From: a virus
Taxonomy: Duplodnaviria; Heunggongvirae; Uroviricota; Caudoviricetes
Virus record (IMG/VR): IMGVR_UViG_2703718784_000020
DNA: 36,587 bases
Reading direction: 5' to 3' (one strand)
The notes under the pieces were generated by a model. The model was not told the DNA's origin and ran no database searches. It saw only the letters and a list, made by a program, of their open reading frames with translations. The stretch's first letter is position 1; each line of letters begins with the position of its first letter. Position numbers and translations under genes: made by a program. Positions 1-6,196 of this stretch are shown one piece after another.

Positions 1-549
1 ATGCAATTTAATATCCCTACGTTGCTTACACTGTTCCGTGTCATCCTTATCCCATTCTTTGTATTGGTCTTTTATCTGCCTGTCACCTGGTCGCCGTTTG
101 CCGCCGCGCTCATTTTCTGCGTCGCGGCGGTGACTGACTGGTTCGATGGTTTTCTGGCACGCCGCTGGAACCAGAGTACCCGGTTTGGTGCTTTCCTTGA
201 CCCTGTCGCAGATAAAGTTCTCGTGGCTATCGCCATGGTGCTGGTAACCGAGCATTATCACAGCTGGTGGGTGACCTTACCGGCGGCAACGATGATCGCC
301 CGTGAAATTATTATTTCTGCGCTACGCGAATGGATGGCGGAGTTGGGTAAACGCAGTAGCGTGGCTGTCTCCTGGATTGGGAAAGTGAAAACCACTGCCC
401 AGATGGTGGCGTTGGCCTGGCTGCTGTGGCGTCCGAACATTTGGGTTGAGTACGCCGGTATTGCACTTTTCTTTGTGGCTGCGGTACTGACTCTGTGGTC
501 AATGTTGCAATATTTGAGCGCTGCGCGTGCAGATTTGCTTGAACAGTGA
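1..549 (+). CDS. pgsA: CDP-diacylglycerol--glycerol-3-phosphate 3-phosphatidyltransferase (phosphatidylglycerophosphate synthase)
   Basis: 182-aa ORF with CDP-alcohol phosphotransferase signature DGFLARR...G..LD...D (residues around [28 protein letters not shown]), several hydrophobic segments; followed by the glyW-cysT-leuZ tRNA cluster as in enterobacterial chromosomes. Confidence 0.9.
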   Translation: MQFNIPTLLTLFRVILIPFFVLVFYLPVTWSPFAAALIFCVAAVTDWFDGFLARRWNQSTRFGAFLDPVADKVLVAIAMVLVTEHYHSWWVTLPAATMIAREIIISALREWMAELGKRSSVAVSWIGKVKTTAQMVALAWLLWRPNIWVEYAGIALFFVAAVLTLWSMLQYLSAARADLLEQ

Positions 550-700
550 TCGTTTCGGCGTAATTTTCAGCAAACAATCAAAAGTGGTGAAAAATATCGT
601 TGACTCATCGCGCCAGGTAAGTAGAATGCAACGCATCGAACGGCGGCACTGATTGCCAGACGATAATAAAATCAAGTGATTAACTGATTGCTTGATGAAT

Positions 701-776
<76 letters not shown>

Positions 777-829
777 GTTTAAAAGACATAGGCGTCAGCG
801 GATGTCTGGCTGAAAGGCCTGAAGAATTT

Positions 830-903
830 GGCGCGTTAACAAAGCGGTTATGTAGCGGATTGCAAATCCGTCTAGTCCGGTTCGACTCCGGAACGCGCCT
901 CCA
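830..903 (+). tRNA. cysT: tRNA-Cys (anticodon GCA)
   Basis: 74-nt sequence GGCGCGTTAACAAAGCGG...GGAACGCGCCTCCA with anticodon loop TTGCAAA and encoded CCA. Confidence 0.9.
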
Positions 904-915
904 CTTTCTTCCCGA

Positions 916-1002
916 GCCCGGATGGTGGAATCGGTAGACACAAGGGATTTAAAATCCCTCGGCGTTCGCGCTGTGCGGGTTCAAGTCCCGCTCCGGGTAC
1001 CA
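916..1002 (+). tRNA. leuZ: tRNA-Leu (anticodon UAA), long variable arm
   Basis: 87-nt sequence GCCCGGATGGTGGAATCGGTAGACACAAGGGATTTAAAATCCC...CCGGGTACCA; class II tRNA with extra arm, anticodon TAA. Confidence 0.9.
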
Positions 1003-1043
1003 TGGGAAAGATAAGAATAAAATCAAAGCAATAAGCAGTGTCG

Positions 1044-1069
1044 TGAAACCACCTTCGGGTGGTTTTTTT
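1044..1069 (+). terminator. Rho-independent terminator after tRNA operon
   Basis: Hairpin GAAACCACCTTCGGGTGGTTT followed by T-run (ACCACC/GGTGGT stem, TTCG loop, TTTTTTTG). Confidence 0.6.
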
Positions 1070-1204
1070 GTATTTGTATTTTGTTAAATGGCGGTAAAGT
1101 GGCGATGGTGTGGCGATATGCAGAAATAATGATAGTACACGTCTGTTTAAACTCTAAGGGTGAAGCAAAACTCTCCTGCAACTCATCTGCATTTCGCATA
1201 TTGA

Positions 1205-1345
1205 ACTAGGGCCTTGGTTAAACCAAAGTTTTTTTCTGGGATCTTCCCACTCAACTTCATTTTTCCTCCTACCATCCACCAAAAGGTGTCTGCGCTACTC
1301 TATCTTTTTTAATCTGACAACATCCTGAGAAAAAGACAAATTCGT
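1205..1345. repeat. Diverged direct repeat, copy 1 (homologous to 2206-2370)
   Basis: Alignable by eye with 2206-2370, roughly 70 percent identity: shared blocks TAGGGCCTYGGTTAAAC, CCTCCKACCATC, CTATC-TTTTTT, CTGAG-AAAGRCAAA. Confidence 0.5.
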
Positions 1346-1543
1346 TAGATTTACTGTCTTTCTGCTGCCTCGAATGCTGATGTCTGCAGCACTGATAATA
1401 ACTCTATCTCTTTGATATAGATCTTTTTTTTGATGAATTGCACGGCATATTATCGTGATGGCACCTTCTTGTTAAAGGTGTTGTACTCCTCATCTCGATT
1501 TTATGATGTGGGCTATGATTGGTTAGTAATAGAGTGTATCGGT

Positions 1544-1825
1544 ATGCGATGTGGTTTATTAATGGCAATCTGCCTTTGTTTGGTATCTTTTAGTGGGTAT
1601 GCAGCAACAGGAAAGTCAGATGCTCAGATCAAGAAAGAAATAATTAAAGAATCCATTGAATCTTATCCAGGCAATTGTGCGTGTCCGTATAATCATGCAA
1701 GGAATGGTAGTAGATGTGGTGGACGCAGTGCATATAGCCGTACTGGAGGGTATGACGTGGTATGTTATGAAAGTGATGTTACCGATGAAATGATCCGGCA
1801 ATGGAAGCAGGAGAATGCTGAGTAA
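1544..1825 (+). CDS. Small secreted cysteine-containing protein of unknown function
   Basis: ORF track 1430-1825; the likely start is the internal ATG at 1544 giving an N-terminal signal peptide (MRCGLLMAICLCLVSFSGYAATG) and a ~70-aa mature part with motif GNCACPYNHARNGSRCGGRSAYSR; AT-rich; family not recognised. Confidence 0.45.
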   Translation: MRCGLLMAICLCLVSFSGYAATGKSDAQIKKEIIKESIESYPGNCACPYNHARNGSRCGGRSAYSRTGGYDVVCYESDVTDEMIRQWKQENAE

Positions 1826-1871
1826 TCTCTTTTAACTGATTTGTTGTGCGAGCATTATGTGCAGTTAACGG

Positions 1872-1935
1872 CTCACTAGCTAGTGAGAGTTCCAAAAAGA
1901 AACCCCCGCAGTTTTTACGCTGCGGGGTTGTTATT
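1872..1935. terminator. Perfect 16-bp palindrome plus GC-rich hairpin; probable bidirectional terminator between convergent genes
   Basis: CTCACTAGCTAGTGAG (1872-1887) is a perfect palindrome; CCCCGCAG/CTGCGGGG stem at 1904-1927 is flanked by A-run on one side and T-rich run on the other, so it can terminate the minus-strand hok transcript and the plus-strand ORF. Confidence 0.5.
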
Positions 1936-2015
1936 CATGCCTATGAGATAGGGTGCCTTATCGGCCTTACCCTAGCAACCGATTGACGGGGAGTTGCCTC
2001 CCCGTCGCGGTTTCC

Positions 2016-2156
2016 TTACTGCTTACACTGTAAGAACGCCGCAAACTCCGCTCCCCAGAAGCTCATCCGTATTTCACACAGCGAACCGTGCAGCATCCAG
2101 ATGATGAGGATTACCGTCACGCAGAACGTGATGGCCGTAAGCGATTTTTGCGACAT
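2016..2156 (-). CDS. Hok/Gef family type I toxin (small membrane-active peptide)
   Basis: 46-codon ORF below the ORF-track size cutoff: MSQKSLTAITFCVTVILIIWMLHGSLCEIRMSFWGAEFAAFLQCKQ; hydrophobic N-terminal helix followed by the family signature SLCEIR and a C-terminal AAFL-C motif as in HokA; RBS AAAGGAG 8 nt upstream of the ATG at 2156. Confidence 0.7.
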   Translation of the reverse strand: MSQKSLTAITFCVTVILIIWMLHGSLCEIRMSFWGAEFAAFLQCKQ

Positions 2157-2205
2157 AGCGCTTGCTCCTTTGTTGGAGAGGCGCTAACCTATCACTTGCT
2201 AGGTT

Positions 2206-2370
2206 GACGGGTTAGGGCCTCGGTTAAACAGAAATGTTTTCCGGGGCCTTTCCACATCCGGCCTTCGGGTATTCCCTCCGACCATCAGCCGAAAGGCACC
2301 CGCACGTAATCTATCGCTTTTTTGTTACTCCGGCAATTCTGCCTGTTAATTCTGAGGTAAAGGCAAACTC
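2206..2370. repeat. Diverged direct repeat, copy 2; covers the hok 5' leader region and the last codons of ogr
   Basis: Homologous to 1205-1345 (see copy 1); located 50-190 nt upstream of the hok start codon on the minus strand, where mok/Sok-type control elements are expected. Confidence 0.5.
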
Positions 2371-2606
2371 ATCTGATTGTTTCCCCTGTGTGAAGCTGGC
2401 AGCTCATGCCACGGGATACCTTCTGATGAGTGAACGCCGGAGGCGTGTTTCGATGTGAATTTATGGAAAGCTTCCAGTGTTGAGAAGCATACGCCGCATT
2501 CCAGGTTGTTACACTGGTAATACTTTTGCCGCACGGTGTTTGAATCATTTTCCGGACGACTGGTGCGGATACGGGCAGATGCGCCACAAAGCGGACAACG
2601 GAACAT
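2346..2606 (-). CDS. ogr: Ogr/Delta family zinc-finger late transcription activator
   Basis: MFRCPLCGASARIRTSR...YYQCNNLECGVCF matches the C-x2-C...C-x4-C zinc finger and N-terminal MFxCPLC of P2 Ogr; strong RBS GGAGG before the ATG at 2606; the C-terminus is longer than P2 Ogr and reads into the repeat. Confidence 0.85.
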   Translation of the reverse strand: MFRCPLCGASARIRTSRPENDSNTVRQKYYQCNNLECGVCFSTLEAFHKFTSKHASGVHSSEGIPWHELPASHRGNNQMSLPLPQN

Positions 2607-2648
2607 AGCGACCTCCTTTAACGTGGTGCTGCCGCTATTCTAAGTTGC

Positions 2649-3758
2649 TCACTCTGTTTCCGCTATCCATTCCGGGATTTTTGCTTCAAGCTCAAGCTGC
2701 GTGGTAAAGCCGCTGTTATCAATGGTGTGCTCGGCTTTTGCAATAATCCAGTCCTGATTGTCGATGTCATTTTTGAAGCCTGTCACCGTGCCATGCATTT
2801 CGGGATAGAGTTCTGCACGTCCACGCGCCAGCGTGATGGAAAATGATGCGGCTCCGCGTTGTAGTTGCTGCCACTTTGCCGCCGCTGCGCGTCTTGCTGC
2901 CTGCTCGTTCTGATAAGTCTTGCGTAACACAAACACATTGCCTTCCGCGCCTTCCATATAATCACCTTCACGGCTGCTGCTTTTCTCCTTTTTGGGTTTT
3001 GGCGGTTTACGGCGTTTCACGCTGACTTTTTTCTTTTTCCCGTAATTAAGATCAAGCCAGTAGGCGCGCACCCCCGTATACGCCTCGCGGTCAGCAATAC
3101 GGAACTGATGGCGATCGCCGCTGCTGCGTGTAATGGCGAACGAGGGCAACGGCTGGCCCTGTGCGTTCACGCCACCACCTGGCATGATGAATAACAGATT
3201 GCCGCTTTTTACCGTGGTGATTGCGCCCAGCATTTCCGCCATGCGCGTAAGGAAGGACATGTCGCTTTCTTCGGTCTGGTCGGCGTGGTCGATTTCGATA
3301 TCCATCAGCATTTCGCTGATTTGCGGTTTCAGACCATACCGATGAGCGATGGCGGATACCACACGCTCAACGGTCACATCATGCCAGGACACCTCACGTT
3401 TAACGTTAAATTCATCCCGAAAATCTGCGCTTCTGGCTGAAACAGTCAGCCTGTCCGGCGGTCCTTCGTGAGCGATTTCATCAACAATGTAAGTGCCTTT
3501 TTCTGTCAGCGGTTCTCCTTTCCAGCCAATGAGAACCGTCAGGCGCGCGCCCCGTGGCGGTAGCTGCAACTGACCATCCGCATCATCCAGCGTGATGGTG
3601 AGCTGGTCCGCCTCAAATCCCCGGTTGTCGGTCAGTGACAGGCTCATCAGGCGCTCTGCCACGCCTGACAGCGTTTTACCCTCCGCGAGAATATCAAAAT
3701 CCGGCATTTTCACGGGGTCTGTGCCCTGACTGAGCAATTGCATGGTGGTATCGGTCAT
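2649..3758 (-). CDS. D: Tail/baseplate hub protein gpD (late control gene D family)
   Basis: ORF track 2649-3890; the likely start is the ATG at 3758 (MTDTTMQLL...) preceded by GGAGGG; C-terminal region ...ELYPEMHGTVTGFKNDIDNQDWIIAKAEHTIDNSGFTTQLELE typical of phage GPD proteins. Confidence 0.85.
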   Translation of the reverse strand: MTDTTMQLLSQGTDPVKMPDFDILAEGKTLSGVAERLMSLSLTDNRGFEADQLTITLDDADGQLQLPPRGARLTVLIGWKGEPLTEKGTYIVDEIAHEGPPDRLTVSARSADFRDEFNVKREVSWHDVTVERVVSAIAHRYGLKPQISEMLMDIEIDHADQTEESDMSFLTRMAEMLGAITTVKSGNLLFIMPGGGVNAQGQPLPSFAITRSSGDRHQFRIADREAYTGVRAYWLDLNYGKKKKVSVKRRKPPKPKKEKSSSREGDYMEGAEGNVFVLRKTYQNEQAARRAAAAKWQQLQRGAASFSITLARGRAELYPEMHGTVTGFKNDIDNQDWIIAKAEHTIDNSGFTTQLELEAKIPEWIAETE

Positions 3759-3915
3759 CTGTTCCCTCCCTGTGCGGCATGGTCGCATGTGCGTGCGGAG
3801 GGGGGTACTGCTTTTTGTTGTCGCCGTGGCGGGAGAACGGCGCAGGGGTGAGATTACGCGCGTGGTGGGTGATGATTGTTGCCGAATCATTTAACGGATA
3901 CAAGGGGCTGAAGCT
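3759..3915. promoter_or_regulatory. Divergent intergenic region between D (minus) and FI (plus); presumed late promoters
   Basis: 157-bp noncoding gap between two divergently oriented late genes; no exact TGT-N12-ACA Ogr box found by eye, so the promoter positions are unresolved. Confidence 0.35.
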
Positions 3916-5100
3916 ATGAGTGAAACTCGTTTTCATGGTGCCCGTGTTACGGAAAATACCGACCTGGTAACAGCGATTAACGATGTTGATTCCAGCGTTA
4001 TCGGTATCGTGGCAACGGCGGATGATGCGGACGCGAAGCTGTTCCCGCTGAACAAGCCTACACTGCTGACCCGCGTCAATGACGTGCTGGGAAAATGCGG
4101 GACAACGGGGACGCTTTATCGTGCGCTTAAGGCCATCGCAGACCAGGTGAGCACAAAGGTGATCGTCGTTCGCGTGGCTGAACACAAAGAAGAAGACGGA
4201 AAGACGCAGGATCAACTGGTTATCGGTGGTTCTGAGGATGACGGCAGCTATACGGGGATGTATGCGCTGCTTGTTGCAGAGCAGGATGAAAGCATCGGAT
4301 ACCGTCCGCGTATTCTGGCCGCGCCGGAGCTGGACACGGAGGCTGTAACAAAATCCCTGTGCGTGATTGCAGGTAAACTGCGCGCGTTTGTGTATGCCTC
4401 ATGTCACGGCTGTAACACGATGGCTGAGGCGATTACCTACCGCCAGAAATTCAACGAACGTGAGGTGATGCTCTTATGGCCGGACTTCATCGCCTACAAC
4501 CCGAAAAGTGGCAAAAACGAAACGTTCCCCGCGCCTGCCTATGCGTGCGGCCTTCGTGCGTACATTGACCATGAGCAGGGATGGCACAAATCACTGTCCA
4601 ACGTTCCGGTTAAAAATGTGCTGGGGATGTCGAGGCATGTGTTCTGGTCGTTGCAGGCCGAAGACAGCGATGCCAACAGCCTCAACAACAAAGAAATCAC
4701 GACCATTATTCGTCGCAATGGGTTCCGCTTCTGGGGCAACCGCACACCGGAAACGAACGCCTACATCTTTGAGGTGTATACCCGAACCGCACAGGTGCTG
4801 GCTGATTCAATTGCGGAAGCGCAGTTTGAAACCATCGACAGTCCACTGACGCCTGCGAACGTGAAGGATGTTATCAGTGCCATCAGGGCAAAACTGGATT
4901 CACTGGTTACTGCCGGGAAACTGATTGGCGCGGAGTGCTGGTATGACGTGGTGGATAACAGCACCACGGATTTACGTCAGGGGCGTGTGCGTATTCGCTA
5001 CAAATATACGCCCGTTCCGCCACTGGAAGACATGGAGCTTTACCAGACGTTTACTGATGAATACTTTGAACCCGCATTTGCGGTGCTGGGAGGTGCCTGA
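3916..5100 (+). CDS. FI: Contractile tail sheath protein gpFI
   Basis: 394-aa product, size and sequence character of P2 FI sheath protein; stop overlaps the FII start (TGATG). Confidence 0.9.
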   Translation: MSETRFHGARVTENTDLVTAINDVDSSVIGIVATADDADAKLFPLNKPTLLTRVNDVLGKCGTTGTLYRALKAIADQVSTKVIVVRVAEHKEEDGKTQDQLVIGGSEDDGSYTGMYALLVAEQDESIGYRPRILAAPELDTEAVTKSLCVIAGKLRAFVYASCHGCNTMAEAITYRQKFNEREVMLLWPDFIAYNPKSGKNETFPAPAYACGLRAYIDHEQGWHKSLSNVPVKNVLGMSRHVFWSLQAEDSDANSLNNKEITTIIRRNGFRFWGNRTPETNAYIFEVYTRTAQVLADSIAEAQFETIDSPLTPANVKDVISAIRAKLDSLVTAGKLIGAECWYDVVDNSTTDLRQGRVRIRYKYTPVPPLEDMELYQTFTDEYFEPAFAVLGGA

Positions 5101-5612
5101 TGGCTGTGCCAAAACATCTTCGCTTTTTTACGCTGTTTGTGGATGGTGAAAACGAAGTGGGTAAGGTGACGTCCGTCACTCTGCCCAAACTGACGCGCAA
5201 AACCGACAGCTACCGGGGTGGTGGCATGATGGGGGCGGTAAGTATTGATCTCGGTCTGGACGACTCTGCGCTTGATGCGAGCTTTGTCATGGGGGGCGCA
5301 GTTCGTGAGCTGTTCCTTAAGTATGGCGGCACGATTGACGGCACGCTGCTGCGTTTTGCGGGTGAATACTACACCGATGCAGAAAGCGACCTGTATGAAG
5401 TCGAAATGCGCGGACGTGTGACGGAAATTGATATGGGGGAAGCCAAACAGGGCGAAGCCACATCACACACTTACGCCATTAAAAACACCTATTACAAGCT
5501 GAGTGTTAACGATCGCCCGTTGTGGGAGATTGACCTGCTGAACTTCATTTACCGGAAGGACGGCAAGGACATTGTGCCCGATCGCATCCGTTCCGCGCTC
5601 GGGCTTGGCTGA
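5100..5612 (+). CDS. FII: Tail tube protein gpFII
   Basis: 170-aa product MAVPKHLRFFTLFVDGENEVGKVTSVTLPKL... immediately after the sheath gene, as in P2. Confidence 0.9.
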   Translation: MAVPKHLRFFTLFVDGENEVGKVTSVTLPKLTRKTDSYRGGGMMGAVSIDLGLDDSALDASFVMGGAVRELFLKYGGTIDGTLLRFAGEYYTDAESDLYEVEMRGRVTEIDMGEAKQGEATSHTYAIKNTYYKLSVNDRPLWEIDLLNFIYRKDGKDIVPDRIRSALGLG

Positions 5613-5666
5613 TAAGTAATATGCAGGCGGCGCAGTGCGTCGCCTCTGACTGAAAGGAGTTTCCTG

Positions 5667-6032
5667 ATGAAAGAGACGAAAAACATCGATACCGAAAACA
5701 CGGTCGTTGCTGACACTGTGAAAGAAACCAGTGAGCGTGGCGTAAAACTTACCCAACCAATTGAGCGAGGCGGCGAAAAAATCACGTATGTGGAGATCAC
5801 CGGGGCTATTGAGCAGGCTGGATCTCTGCGAGATTTGTCGCTGTCTGATGTGCTGAATCTGAAAGTGGAATCCATGTTTACGCTGCTGTCACGCGTGACA
5901 TCACCGCGACTGGATGAAGTGACGATCAAAAAAATGGCATCCCGTGACTTTATTCAGTTATGTGTGGTTGCCGTAAATTTTTTGAGCGGTGCGGACTCTG
6001 GCGGGAAGAACGAACAGGCGACGGAAGCCTGA
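5667..6032 (+). CDS. E: Tail assembly chaperone gpE
   Basis: 121-aa ORF in the E position between FII and the tape measure gene; contains the slippery run T-TTT-TTG at 5978-5984. Confidence 0.8.
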   Translation: MKETKNIDTENTVVADTVKETSERGVKLTQPIERGGEKITYVEITGAIEQAGSLRDLSLSDVLNLKVESMFTLLSRVTSPRLDEVTIKKMASRDFIQLCVVAVNFLSGADSGGKNEQATEA

Positions 6033-6196
6033 TCACGGTTGTGTGCTTTGAGCACATAGAAGACTTTGTGGCGGATATTGCCGCCATTTTTAACTGGTCG
6101 CCCGCCGAAATCTTCATGATGACGCCCGGCGAAGTGGTTAGCTGGCGTGAGCGGGCGGCACTTCGCAGCGGGAATGCAGACAATGAAGACTCTTGA
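5667..6196 (+). CDS. gpE+E' fusion produced by programmed -1 ribosomal frameshift
   Basis: Slippery heptamer TTTTTTG at 5978-5984; the -1 frame stays open to 6196 (ORF track 5960-6196) and ends just inside the start of T, the arrangement known for P2 E/E' and lambda G/GT. Confidence 0.65.

Noticed and set aside
916-1002. tRNA-Leu as the direct integration site of the prophage
   Set aside because: The prophage starts about 1.3 kb away, and no duplicated tRNA 3' end is visible before ogr; the attachment site appears to lie in the intervening region and cannot be fixed without the other junction.
1100-1200. Possible second hok-type toxin ORF next to repeat copy 1
   Set aside because: Translation of the minus strand gives peptides without the Hok signature or a hydrophobic helix; if a second locus existed its coding part is gone.
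3759-3915. Search for canonical Ogr boxes (TGT-N12-ACA) in the divergent late promoter regions
   Set aside because: No exact match was seen here or in 21697-21849; near matches have the wrong spacing, so I did not annotate specific activator sites.
3694-4215. 173-aa minus-strand ORF overlapping the start of the tail sheath gene
   Set aside because: Antisense to FI and overlapping the D/FI divergent promoter region; no support as a gene.
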